Assembly (NCBI GenBank): GCA_002794465.1
Contig: MTSL01000150.1
Span: 119,448 to 151,447 of the forward strand
DNA from: Paramicrosporidium saccamoebae KSL3
Taxonomy: Eukaryota > Fungi > Cryptomycota
Length of the DNA stretch: 32,000 nucleotides
Direction of reading: 5' to 3'
Part shown: one piece after another, positions 9,661 through 20,246 of the stretch
Layout of the letters: each line of letters opens with the position of its first letter
How positions within the stretch are numbered: position 1 is the first letter of the stretch
Notes under the pieces: model-generated
Told to the model about the DNA's origin: nothing
Database searches by the model: none
The model's input: only the letters and a program-made list of their open reading frames with translations
Made by a program: the position numbers and the translations under genes

Positions 9661-9950
9661 GACCCTGGATGTGTTGTCAGTGTGACGTTAGTGTGTCAGT
9701 GTATTCATGTGTGTTAATGTGATGGTGTGCCAGTGAGATCATCTTGAACAATAGAATGGAGGGTCAATTATAGTAGGCCCAATTACATGATTCGAGTCTA
9801 TCAGCCATTAGAATATGGGCCACTGAATTATAAATTATTATATCACGAGGTGGAGGACTAGAAATCACAGTATATAAAGTCAACCTGTTATTCTATAACA
9901 ACTGCCATGTTGGAGGATATACTACTGATCATTTCTATGGCCAACCCCGG

Positions 9951-10388
9951 ATGCCGTCGTTCGTGTGTGATGCGTGTCAGGAGACCCTGAAGAAGCCAAA
10001 GTTGGATATGCACGCCCAGCGGTGCAGACAGGCCTCTTTCTCCTGCATCGACTGTTACAAAAGCTTCAAGGGTGTCGACTATCGGCAGCATTTCTCCTGC
10101 ATCACCGAGGTGGAAAAGTATGAAAAGAAAAAGCTGCCGGTCCCCGTAAAGATGGTTCAACCGCCTACTGTTATCGAGTCACCTGTCAAGACACAAACAC
10201 AACCGGATATCCGCACCAGTCTTGCTGAGCTGCTCCAAGACAACTCTCTCTCTATATCCAGCATCAAAAAAGTGTTAAAAAAGTCGCCATATTCATTCTC
10301 TAAAAAGGCTATTAAGAAGCATTTAGAAAAGAGCCTGGTCCTATCTGTCAAAAAAGGAAAGATCCAAGCTAGTTATACGCTTGAATAG
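9951..10388 (+). CDS. LYAR-type C2HC zinc-finger nucleolar protein, 145 aa
   Basis: MPSFVCDACQETLKKPKLDMHAQRC...SCIDCYKSF...YRQHFSCITEVEKYE matches the zf-LYAR pattern. Confidence 0.85.
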   Translation: MPSFVCDACQETLKKPKLDMHAQRCRQASFSCIDCYKSFKGVDYRQHFSCITEVEKYEKKKLPVPVKMVQPPTVIESPVKTQTQPDIRTSLAELLQDNSLSISSIKKVLKKSPYSFSKKAIKKHLEKSLVLSVKKGKIQASYTLE

Positions 10389-10493
10389 ATAAAAATCTTC
10401 CCTCTCCATGCTCTGAGATTTGTACTAGAGACCACTCCTGGTCCGTAGATCGTATAGCATATATTATAGACTAGACATTTTCTTTCGTGCATA

Positions 10494-10700
10494 TATCGCG
10501 TAGTGGGTATAATACCACGGCCCAGTTTAGGTGAGAAGAGAATTTATTCAGTCAATCCAACGACCCATTTATAGTCTCACAAATAACATAATCCTCAAAT
10601 GGTAAAGATCTCATTATTCTTGATCGATTGTTCTGGTTATCCCTTCTCCAAACTAGGAAACCATTCTCAAGTACCCAACTAATCAGTCTTCTACGTCACA
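10494..10700 (-). mobile_element. Solo-LTR-like dispersed element, copy B (207 bp)
   Basis: Shares exact 23-, 20- and 18-nt blocks (10678-10700, 10637-10656, 10588-10605) with copy C in reverse complement. On the minus strand TATAAAT lies at 10567-10573 and AATAAA at 10543-10548. Confidence 0.8.
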
Positions 10701-10799
10701 CATATGTGCTCTTGCAGAGACCACACTCTCTTACTACGCCTATCACCCACACGGACGACTCATTACCCTCTCGTATGTGCGCTAACTTTTCAGATAATA

Positions 10800-11774
10800 C
10801 TAGGATTGCGGTTTATTATCCGATTTTCCCACAGATCGGACCAGTGACCAGAGAGTCTGTTCGTGGGCAGGGATTAAAGGTGCCAAGATGGCATTATCCG
10901 TATGGGTTACTCCACCAATTGTGATGCTGATAAAGGCCACTGCCCCAACAGCCGGATCAATTTCTTGCAAATCCTGAAAACCAAACGGATGTGCCACCCG
11001 AACCCAATTGACTTTGAGTCCGACAGCTGCTAGGGTGGCCCTACCCTGTTCCACCAATACGTCGGCCCGAAACATGTCTCCCAGATAGGCGGAAATCATG
11101 GTACGCAAGGCACGATATACTGCGGCCACGATGTCTCGTTGTGAAATGCTGAGACGGAGGAGTCGGGCATCAAAGGCAGCACCATCATCAGCCCGCACGG
11201 TTGGGATGGAAATGACGTCAATTGGATATTGTAAATCATCAATCATGCGTTGTAATACCCGGGTACGTACAAGGTCTTTCTGACCCAGATAGACTCGGGT
11301 GGGTGTGACCAGGTTTAGTAGTTTTGCCAACATGGTGCATTCGCCTTCCAAAATGTCCGTATTGACATAGTCAAAGGGCACAATGTCCGACTGCAGATAG
11401 ACGCGCGCCCCGTGCTGGGAGCCGTGTTTGAACAACTCCTGCACGGGGGGCAACAGCACTACATCCACCAACCCACACTCTTGCAGTCGCTCAAGATCCT
11501 CAGCGGGATGTCGGGGGAACATTTGGTACTCCTCCAACGTGGCAAATTGGCCCTCGTTGGTGGCGAGACTGACGACAACAACGTCACATTGTTGACGCGC
11601 CAAGGTCACTACACATGAGGGAAAGGGACTGAGAGTACAAAGAGAGTAATGGCCCTCATGAATATTGCCTTTGGTGGACACCAAACCAATGATTGTCCCT
11701 ACCCGACAATGCTCCAAACGCCATTTTCGGTATTCGCCGCTGTGATGGAACACTAACAGGCTCTTCGGCGCCAT
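10800..11774 (-). CDS. panC: Pantoate--beta-alanine ligase (pantothenate synthetase)-like, with probable in-frame 30-nt intron 11609-11638
   Basis: Motifs GLVSTKGNIHEGHYSL (HIGH-like), VVVVSLATNEGQF, FPRHPAEDL and YLGQKD. Removing gtactc...gtgtag deletes a 10-aa insertion and restores HYSLLTLARQQCD. Confidence 0.85.
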   Translation of the reverse strand: MAPKSLLVFHHSGEYRKWRLEHCRVGTIIGLVSTKGNIHEGHYSLCTLSPFPSCVVTLARQQCDVVVVSLATNEGQFATLEEYQMFPRHPAEDLERLQECGLVDVVLLPPVQELFKHGSQHGARVYLQSDIVPFDYVNTDILEGECTMLAKLLNLVTPTRVYLGQKDLVRTRVLQRMIDDLQYPIDVISIPTVRADDGAAFDARLLRLSISQRDIVAAVYRALRTMISAYLGDMFRADVLVEQGRATLAAVGLKVNWVRVAHPFGFQDLQEIDPAVGAVAFISITIGGVTHTDNAILAPLIPAHEQTLWSLVRSVGKSDNKPQS

Positions 11775-12251
11775 CGGTCCAGTTGGATATTATTTGCAAA
11801 ATATTTATCCGTCGAGTCAGTCCAATTGATCCAGTAGAGCTATTATAACGCAATCTGTGTATTTATTCTTTCGTGGCAGTAGAGATCCTGTCAAGCAGTA
11901 TCCGTTCCCCATTAGCGGCCTAAACGCAGATGGCGATCCACAATCCGGTGTGTCAAAGGTGGTAGTCTATATGTCATAATGAAATAATTCGCTTATCAAC
12001 AGATCATTTATCTCTGATTTGCTGATATAATGTACTCTTTCATAATCGCTGATTGATCCAACAAAACCATTGTTATTTACAATTCCTGCTCATTGGCCAG
12101 TGGGTAGACTGGATTGTCATATGAACCTTTCTCAATCCCTCATCCTCATCGCTCACGTCCCTTACTACCACGTCTATCAGGCTCACCTTTATTGGCAAAA
12201 TTGACTTGAGAACAATCTTTGCTTAAATCCCTCCCTTCTACCTCCACCCAA

Positions 12252-13439
12252 TTATACAATCGCCGGCACAGATTGTCCCATGGGCGGTTGGGAGGGTCCC
12301 TCAATGGTCTGGTGACGAAGATGATCCCCCAGAATGCCAATGATGGCTGAGCCGGTGGCGTGGCGCAGTGGCACCGACGCCTGGCCCGAACATTGCGACT
12401 CGTAGGCAGGCGGCATTGATAATGTGCGAGGGATTTCAGTTGCAACTGTGTGACTGGGGGGAAGACGGGGCTCCATGGGAGGCGGCGGAACGGGCCATGC
12501 CATAAAGGCCCGGGTAAAGCGACGCTCATCCTCCACCAAATTAATATTCTTCAGCTTCAATGCCATGTCATTGGCATAATTTTCATTCATCACAGCACAG
12601 CGTCGTTCCAACTCGATCAATCCAAGAATGTAACTAAGCGCCTCCCGACTACGCTGCACCTCCTGTTGCTGCAGTCGTCCCATAATACGCGGCAACTCTT
12701 GGCTGTACAATTTGCTCTGCAAATTCTTCAATGCCTCCTCCTGCAGACGAAAGGTCTGCCGTGCTCCTGCAAACCGTTCCTCCGCCGCCCGTGCCTTGAC
12801 TTGCAACCGCTCCCATTGCGGAGTGTTTTCCGGCGCCGAGGAGAGGGCCGTACGATGTGCCGTAACGTCCTTGTTGCTCTGATCAAACTTTTTGCGTGCC
12901 TTCTTCAAAGCAATCGCAGCGTCATGCAGATCCTTGGTGAGGAGAGAGCCCTGTTCCACCAGTTGCATCCGTCCTCCCACCATATCCCGAATCGACGCGC
13001 TCAGTGGCTCCAGCAATTGGTGCTGCAGCGACTCTGCAAATGCTGTCTACAAACATCAGATTATTGCAACGACGGTACATGGGACTTGGCCACCTGGGAG
13101 GTGTCATCGATGATTTCATAGAATGTACTCCACAGACTCCTAGAATGGATGAGCATGACTGCCAATGTACGTTTTGGTAATATCCTCATTGGGTATTCCC
13201 GAGTCAACACGTTTCTTGCCCCAGAACCAAAACCCGCTGGATTCTTGCAAAGGCGTAAGGGAGACGGACTTGCACAGCTTTCCTACTAATCACAACATTG
13301 TCGTGGCGATACTGAGCGATTTCGCATATTCCTCCTCAATGGCCAAACGTTTCTTGATGAATTGCGCCAATTGCTGACATCGGGCGATGCTGTCGGCCGT
13401 GTACTGTGCCGCCCCGTCGAATGCGCCCTGCTGCTCCAT
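12252..13439 (-). CDS. F-BAR (FCH) domain protein, ~364 aa; exons 13439-13313, 13282-13171, 13139-13079, 13046-12252; 3' end uncertain
   Basis: The spliced N-terminus contains [22 protein letters not shown] (FCH motif), followed by coiled coil and a Pro-rich tail. Introns of 30, 31 and 32 nt keep the frame. Confidence 0.8.
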
Positions 13440-13477
13440 TCCGTGTAAACAAGCCCATCCACCTTATGATTGGCCAC

Positions 13478-14471
13478 ATGGCCGACACGCAGGAAGACAG
13501 CTTCTTTGCCACCGTCCGGACTGAGGGCTACTTTGACGTCCAATTGGACACGGTGCAGCGTTTCCTGGCAGGGAGAGAGGGTCCCGTTGTGTTGGTCACT
13601 TCGGGCGGAACCATTGTGCCCTTGGAGCGCCAAATGGTCCGCTTCCTGGACAACTTTTCCGCCGGAACCCGGGGCGCCATCAGTGCCGAGTACCATCTGC
13701 ACCACACTCATCTGAAGATGGTTCCTACAGAACGACGTCTCTGTCATCTTTCTGCATCGACAATACAGTCTGCAGCCCTTTGCTCGTCACTACCGACACG
13801 CCGACGAATTGGTCCTGGACATGTTCCATGTACCCGAAGGAGATGATCTGTGTGTAAAGGAAGAGTTTGTCTCCCAAGTTGCACAGGATGTCCGCAATAA
13901 CCACCATGTATTTTGTTAGATGGGCTGAATTGTAGTATCGGCATGAGCGGAAGATGCTGGTTTCGGTGCATTTCTACACTGTCGCTGACTATTTGTACCT
14001 CCTGCAACGGATTGGACAGATGCTTGCGCCGTTGGGACGGAATGCCATGTTGTATCTGGCTGCCGCCGTCTCAGACTTTTATCTCCCCGAATCGCAACTT
14101 GTAAGTTTCTGATGGTGCGTGTCATTATGCAGAGCGATCATAAGATCCAGAGTGATGAGGGAACCTTGACCTTGAGACTCGAACCCGTGCCCAAGGTCAT
14201 CCGACCACTTGTCAAAATATGGTGTCCCGATGCATTCATAGTCTCCTTCAAGCTGGAAACTGACGCCGCTCTCCTCATGGACAAGGCACGTGCTGCCCTG
14301 CAACGCTACCAACACCACTGTGTGTTGGCCAATGTGCTAACCGAGCGAAGACATCATATCACAATTGTGCGTCGTGCCGATCCGGATATTGAAATACGTT
14401 CCGAAAACGGCGAGATTGAACAGATTCTTATTGATCGACTCTTGACTTTATTTGCTCAACATCGGCAATAA
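13478..14471 (+). CDS. PPCS: Phosphopantothenate--cysteine ligase, 301 aa; exons 13478-13689, 13718-13907, 13936-14100, 14133-14471
   Basis: Motifs [51 protein letters not shown] and VSFKLETD. Introns are 28, 28 and 32 nt. Confidence 0.92.
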
Positions 14472-14536
14472 AGATGTAAGAATGCGGGATATTCATTCTC
14501 ATACTCTCACACTCTCTTACTCTCATAATCTACAGT

Positions 14537-15472
14537 TTATTGTGGAGGATATGCATAGTATTGTTGTTGAGGGTTCGTAGAACCAGTAGAGCCCATCGGA
14601 TTCATCGAACCCATACCACTCATACTACCCATACCACTCATACTACCCACAACACTCATACTACCAACACCACTCATACTACCCATAGTATTTCCATAAT
14701 ACATGGCGGCGGGAACATTGGATGGATACATCATCTGGGCTTGGAGATGTAGGGGGGCTTGTTGTGCTTGTTGTTGCATCTGTAGCTGCATCTGTAATGC
14801 AAACTGACTGGGTGCCAGTGGCACTACTCCACTCTCGGCCAGCGCCTTTCTCGTCTGTGTGGCCAACAGTCGTTCTGCTGCCGAGCCGTGTCGTTCTCCA
14901 CGTCCATCCTTCTTGAACGCATAATTTACTGTCACAGGTCGATTGCACAGATATTGGCCGTTCATGGAGGAGATTGCCGAATCGGCTGCCTCAAACGAGT
15001 CATAGGATACAAACCCAAACCCCCTACTTACACCCGTCGCCTCGTCTCGGGCCACCTTGGGCGTCTGTATCAGTGTTCCAAACAGGATAAACGTCTCAAA
15101 TAATAGCTTTTCGTCAGCATCCGGCGCAAGGTTACCCACAAATAGGTTGGCTCCCACGTCCAAACTTCGCTTGTCAGTGCTCGACTTGTTGATTCGGATG
15201 GGCTTGGAGAAGAGACGCACACCGTTCATAACCTTTACCGCATACTCTGCGTCATCTTCCGTCTGGAATTCACAGAATCCATAGCCAAGGTGCTGTTGTG
15301 TAACGCGGTCACGGGGAATATGGACGTGCACCACCGGACCCGCCTGTACCATCATCTCCCACAGCAACGGCTCCGTCACCTTTTCGTCCAAATTTCCAAC
15401 ATAGATGGTGGCCTCTTGGTTACGAGTGGTCGCCTGAGGCTTACTCATCGTCATGGCACCCACGGTAGCCAT
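14537..15472 (-). CDS. SF3B4: Splicing factor 3B subunit 4 (Hsh49/SAP49), two RRMs
   Basis: [34 protein letters not shown] and [21 protein letters not shown]. Start is at 15472 (alternatives 15454, 15448). Confidence 0.95.
   Translation of the reverse strand: MATVGAMTMSKPQATTRNQEATIYVGNLDEKVTEPLLWEMMVQAGPVVHVHIPRDRVTQQHLGYGFCEFQTEDDAEYAVKVMNGVRLFSKPIRINKSSTDKRSLDVGANLFVGNLAPDADEKLLFETFILFGTLIQTPKVARDEATGVSRGFGFVSYDSFEAADSAISSMNGQYLCNRPVTVNYAFKKDGRGERHGSAAERLLATQTRKALAESGVVPLAPSQFALQMQLQMQQQAQQAPLHLQAQMMYPSNVPAAMYYGNTMGSMSGVGSMSVVGSMSGMGSMSGMGSMNPMGSTGSTNPQQQYYAYPPQ
14594..14683. repeat. 18-bp coding tandem repeat (GSMSGM-like, five units) in the SF3B4 tail
   Basis: Translates [30 protein letters not shown]. 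Confidence 0.85.
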
Positions 15473-15653
15473 CTTTGCACTGGAAACGAAATTAATTATT
15501 TTACCTAAAAGAGCATTAATGTTATGGATTGTCTGGAACTGCAATGGTCCATTGTCCATGGATAATGTCATGAAATCGGTCAGTGATATCGGACTGTAAT
15601 GTTCTACTATTCTCCAGTAAATACCAAAACAACAAAATAGTTTTGTAAATTTA

Positions 15654-16625
15654 ATGGAAAAGTGGAACCGACAGGTGTCTCCACAGGAACGGGCCGGAGC
15701 CATCTCCAAGCTCCAGCGGTTCCTTTTGGGTTTGGTGGGCGATGGTCCGGATGCTGTCACGCGTGCAACGGATTTGGCCAACAAATTTGAACAGCACGTC
15801 TTCACCTCCACCACCACCCGGGACGAATACCTCAAGGTGATAATCCAGCGCATGCAGCAAGTGCAACGTCGTCATTCCTCCGACGAGTTGGAGGGACTTG
15901 AACTGAGTGAACACGACCAAATGGTGGTGCAGCAGAAGATGGTCCGTCTACGGTCAGCCCTGCCCATGATGGAACGACTGCTGGCGCGGTGCTCAGGATT
16001 GGATGCCGAAATGGTCAAAGTCTATGTTGGACTGCGGGACAAGGTGCAGAAACAGCTCGAACTGCTACCAAGGAGGGTTTTTCTGTTGTCCGTTGTGGCA
16101 GCAACAACGTTGGTCGATCAGGTGCAGCATTACACCAACGAAATTGCTGCCATTCTCAGTGAACAACGAAAAGCCCCCAAGGAAATTGTGGAAGAAGAGG
16201 AATGCGAACGTAACCTCATCAGTTGGATCAATTCTAAGCGTTTTCAGATGGACGAGCCAATTTCCAGTCGGCGCACCTGCAGTGTGAGTCGCACCCAGGT
16301 AGATCTACGAAATATTAATGTCAAGGTGACGAAAGTAATGTTAACTACTGAGATGCGGTCGATACAGCGACGTCATCCCGATCTATTGATGCGGCTCGAA
16401 CAATGTCCCTGGGGCTATTCTTTGCATTGTCGCATTCGTGATGAATCTTTGGGTATTGAATTGCCGGCTGACTATCCGTCGGAGCGTTTCCACCTCACCT
16501 CCCTCCATGGCACTTCTACTGCCAATTTTGTGGCTACCATTGAGGATGGCGGATTGCACATCTTTCCTCCCGTCTCTCTCACCACCCTTCTAAATGTATA
16601 TATCGCCCAAATAGACAAGGATTAA
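15654..16625 (+). CDS. MED15: Mediator subunit 15-like (N-terminal KIX), 323 aa
   Basis: The KIX-like [10 protein letters not shown]...[19 protein letters not shown] is at the N-terminus. C-terminal IELPADYP resembles the Med15 VPADYP motif. Confidence 0.7.
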   Translation: MEKWNRQVSPQERAGAISKLQRFLLGLVGDGPDAVTRATDLANKFEQHVFTSTTTRDEYLKVIIQRMQQVQRRHSSDELEGLELSEHDQMVVQQKMVRLRSALPMMERLLARCSGLDAEMVKVYVGLRDKVQKQLELLPRRVFLLSVVAATTLVDQVQHYTNEIAAILSEQRKAPKEIVEEEECERNLISWINSKRFQMDEPISSRRTCSVSRTQVDLRNINVKVTKVMLTTEMRSIQRRHPDLLMRLEQCPWGYSLHCRIRDESLGIELPADYPSERFHLTSLHGTSTANFVATIEDGGLHIFPPVSLTTLLNVYIAQIDKD

Positions 16626-16631
16626 GAATAA

Positions 16632-17078
16632 ATGTATTTAATGGAATCGGTTGAATTGGCAGAAGAGTTGACCAAGAGACTGGGAGTGCTCATTTGTGAC
16701 TTTAAAGACGACGGTGCTAGCCAGCCGCAATTAGAGACGACACTTCACGAATACGTTGCACTGCTGGCCAAGCTTTCTAAAATAGAAGACCGCACTCCCA
16801 TCCCCCTAGCCTTGCTTCAACACATAGATTCAGGCAGACATCCCGACTCGTATTTACAGCAACGACTGGTTGCAGTGCAGGAAGAGTCAAAACGCGCCCA
16901 TGGAAAGGATGTAGTGCTAATGCAGTTTCGGGAGGAGCTGCGTGCAACCCTAGCAGAGGATGCCCAAGGTGAATTTAAAGCGGTGCTCCAGACAATGGAA
17001 AGGAAACCAAAGCTGGTAAAACTTTCCATGCCCACTCATCTCATTCCTGGGGATGAGGAAGAGATTATTGACATTTGA
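16632..17078 (+). CDS. MED10: Mediator subunit 10-like, 148 aa (145 aa from ATG 16641)
   Basis: LGVLICDF and IPLALLQHIDSGRHPDSY...GK...QFREEL parallel Med10 LGIIVSDF and VPLEVFEYIDQGRNPQLY...GK...KFKSLL. Confidence 0.8.
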   Translation: MYLMESVELAEELTKRLGVLICDFKDDGASQPQLETTLHEYVALLAKLSKIEDRTPIPLALLQHIDSGRHPDSYLQQRLVAVQEESKRAHGKDVVLMQFREELRATLAEDAQGEFKAVLQTMERKPKLVKLSMPTHLIPGDEEEIIDI

Positions 17079-17201
17079 GTCTCAACAATGGAATGGGGAT
17101 CTCTGACAACTGGCATTGAAATTCTGATATCAGGATCCAAGCCCACGCATACCGAATTCCGATAGATTTAGACTGTCAATGGTTCTTAACAAATTGTACA
17201 T

Positions 17202-18158
17202 TTACTTTTCCACACTGGCCTCTCCTATGTATTGGGGGACTGCGACAACGACTGTGATGTCATCCTCCTTTCCGCCCAGCCTATTCAATCCATTCCGTGT
17301 GGCTTCTACACTAAACGGTGATTGATAATCGTCCTTCTCGCTCATTCTCCTTGCCTCAAGCGCCAACCGCTTTGCCATCTCCATCGGCTCGCCTCCCATC
17401 GCAACTAATCGAGTTACATCCTCCTCAAAAAGATTATCCCAGAGACCGTCAGTGGCAAGGATCAGTATGTCGCCCGTCTCCACTGCACAGCCGTGGGGGG
17501 CAGACATGTGCGAGCAGTCAGAAACATTGCCATCAGGGGCCAAGGTTAGCTGATATGGCGCATTAAAGCGATGTTGTTGGGCGCGGCTTTGGAGTATTAC
17601 CTCCCGACCACGGAGGAGTAAGAAACCAGAGTCGCCCAGATTGGCAGTTTCGAGGGTTCCGCTACTCCGATCGAGGCAGGCCACGCAAATTGTGCTACTC
17701 CCAAATGGTTGCTCCTTGCCGCTGTGATATCCTCCAACCAATCTCCAGAAGGCTTGCCTGATGAGGGTTGTAGGCGAGATGAACGCCAATGGGCTTTCTC
17801 CCCTCCGGAACCACCCCGACGTCCCTGTAATGATGGCTTCCAAATGGCGCATCAGCGACCTCGAAAACTTTGACGGGTCTACCCCCTTTGCACGCCATCC
17901 TCCCACTCCATCTGCCACCGCAACCACACTTTGAAACTGATTCTCCACCACTGCAAATGAATCCTCGCCACAGCATTCCAGCCGGGCTTCTCGTTTTGCA
18001 TCCAGTGGCCCCTTCGGGGCGCAGTATGCTCCACAGCGCAAGGTCCAGCCCGTTTGGTTGTTTGGCTTGGAACTGTAAAAGAATGCCGCAGCGAGAGCAG
18101 GTCCCCCATACCTTATTGGCCGTAAAAATATGAGACGCTGGAATATGGTCATGCTCAT
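17202..18158 (-). CDS. PTC7: PP2C-family phosphatase, Ptc7-like, 318 aa
   Basis: Motifs GEDSF, VADGVGGW, GSSTICV, ANLGDSGF, QQHRFNAPYQL, ATDGLWDN and GGKEDDITVV; the N-terminus looks like a mitochondrial targeting peptide. Confidence 0.9.
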   Translation of the reverse strand: MSMTIFQRLIFLRPIRYGGPALAAAFFYSSKPNNQTGWTLRCGAYCAPKGPLDAKREARLECCGEDSFAVVENQFQSVVAVADGVGGWRAKGVDPSKFSRSLMRHLEAIITGTSGWFRRGESPLAFISPTTLIRQAFWRLVGGYHSGKEQPFGSSTICVACLDRSSGTLETANLGDSGFLLLRGREVILQSRAQQHRFNAPYQLTLAPDGNVSDCSHMSAPHGCAVETGDILILATDGLWDNLFEEDVTRLVAMGGEPMEMAKRLALEARRMSEKDDYQSPFSVEATRNGLNRLGGKEDDITVVVAVPQYIGEASVEK

Positions 18159-18190
18159 GCAATGCGAATTTAATAATATACCGTTTACTA

Positions 18191-19770
18191 TTAAATTCCA
18201 TAACCGGCAATCACAGCAGAAATGTCGGCGGCTAATTTGGCTGCATCTTCTGCTGTGGTGGCTTCTGAAAAGATGCGCACAACATCCTCAGTGCCAGATG
18301 GACGCGCAAACGCCCTCCCCCCACGGACGCATGCGGTTATTCTATCAATCTCTGTCTGCAATCCGGCTGGTTCTGTGATGGAGCGATCAGCGTCAGTTGT
18401 TTTCAATTTTGTTCGATCCTTCACCACGGTCTTTATCAAGCAGGAGGGACGATCCTTGTAGAGTGCCGCCCAATCCTTCAGAGATTGCTTGGTAATCTTT
18501 AACATGGCCTCTACCAATAGCATATCTGCGATCCCGTCGCCCACCAGTTGATTTGCCAGCCGACTTACAGCCAACAAAAGCTCAGAATGTTCGTTCCTTG
18601 TGGTGCGGAGGGTTTTAGTGGCGTTTTCAGAAAACAAGACTGTCCCGTGTCCATTCGCCTCAAAGTAGATTCCAATATCAAACCCAGAAGCCGCCTTGTG
18701 GAGATGCTTGACACCAGTGGGTGTGCATACTATCGGGATGCCGAGCGTCTTTTCGATAAATTCAGTGGATCCGCCGTTCGCGTAGGCCGTCTGCACCACT
18801 CCCATAGTGATAGAATCGGCCAGACCGGATTTTTGTAACAATTTTTTGATTGCCATTGCAATGAGCGCACTCATCCTGTCCCCATCAATCAGCTGGAATG
18901 TCCCAGCATCGGTGAATGTAAAGTAAACAAGCCGATCAGCATCGCCATCCAAGGAGGCAAAGTGTGTCACGGCGTCTGGTTTATAGTCTCCGTGTGGCGG
19001 ACAGTTCCCCGTCTTGACATAATCAGCACCGCAGTTGTGGTTCAATTCTGCCTCTCCACCATTGACCACAATCAGTTCATATCCCGTCTTTGCCATCTTC
19101 TTCTTTAGCTTTTGCACTTTCAAGGCGCCCACCCCGTTTGCGCAGTCTACTACTATTTTCACCTTGTTATGCACTCCCACAACCGGCTGGAATGCCGATG
19201 CCAAGCCCACGATATAATCGTCTTCCAGCTGGCTGACCGTGTGTGGTTCACGATTGAGTCTGGCTACTGCAGTGTGTAGTTCTGGTGTCGTCACGACCCC
19301 AATCTCCACCACCTCTCCTCCCAATTTCCTAACGCCCTTCATGACCATCTCTCTTAATGCAGGGCCACTTGGTCGAGTGTCCATACCCACCACCACAGAG
19401 CATTTTCCTATTGCTCCAAAGTGTTTCGCCAGCTCAGTCTCCAACTCATCCATTGGACAGTTGGCAACGACTTCGGCAACGTGCTCCCAAGAGGAGGGTA
19501 GCATCTCACCTGTAGGAGCGACAAGCTTCACACCATTGTCTGGAAGGGCATTGTGCGAGGCTGTGAGCATAATCCCGATAAATTGTCCATCATAGTGACT
19601 ACTCAGCGCTGCCGCTAGCATTCCGACACGATACGCTACTGGAAGCATTACCTCCGCTCTACAGTCTAGTAAACCCAAGATTCATACCTCATGCGGAAGC
19701 CAGCAGTTCCGTAGAGGTATTTTACTCCTCTCGGTATCTCTAGATCCATATCCTTGGTTGTAGCAGGCAT
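18191..19770 (-). CDS. PGM3: Phosphoacetylglucosamine mutase, 516 aa; exons 19770-19688, 19658-18191
   Basis: YGTAGFR in exon 1, then TASHN, DGDADR, YFEANGHG and RPSGTED. The intron at 19659-19687 is 29 nt. Confidence 0.95.
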
Positions 19771-20105
19771 TGTCGTTACCAAACAGCTAACACGGCCGTT
19801 TAAACTCGTGCTACGAATGTTACTAAATTTGGAACGGCTTGATTCGGCTGATTGGCTGGTGCTTTGCAGAAAATGCGGGGCTGCGAGGCTGCGGAGACGA
19901 GCCCAAGAATTAAAACAGATGAGTGTATTTGTTGTGTGATGGGGGTATGGCCACAATGTCAATATAAATTGGAGACAGAGGGCCGTTTGTCATCAACTGA
20001 CTTTTATGGACTTGCCGGTATGGTGTCCAAGCATTGGGGAGCCAATCTTTTCCTCTCTCTACTCTGACTCTCGGCTCTGGATCTTCTGTTCATATTTGGA
20101 CAAAT

Positions 20106-20154
20106 ACCCAGCGCCCAGCGCCTAGCCCCTAGCACCCAGTACCCAGTACCCAGC
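20106..20154. repeat. Seven imperfect 7-bp tandem units (NCCYAGY)
   Basis: acccagc gcccagc gcctagc ccctagc acccagt acccagt acccagc. Confidence 0.85.
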
Positions 20155-20246
20155 TGAATATATCCCACCAACTCGCATATCTATGGCAATTCCCCCACTA
20201 TGTAATGCATCACGAATTAGACACTCCAAAAATCACAATACATTTA

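Noticed and set aside
9681-9900. A 220-bp stretch beginning TGTGACGTTA and ending ATAACA, like the element termini
   Set aside because: No alignable internal similarity to copies A-C and no target-site duplication.
1835-15853. N-terminal extensions in the ORF track for OAC1 (2863), HUS1 (5924), the MFS gene (8285) and SF3B4 (15853)
   Set aside because: They start at non-ATG or far-upstream codons, overlap neighbouring genes, and family similarity begins only at downstream ATGs.
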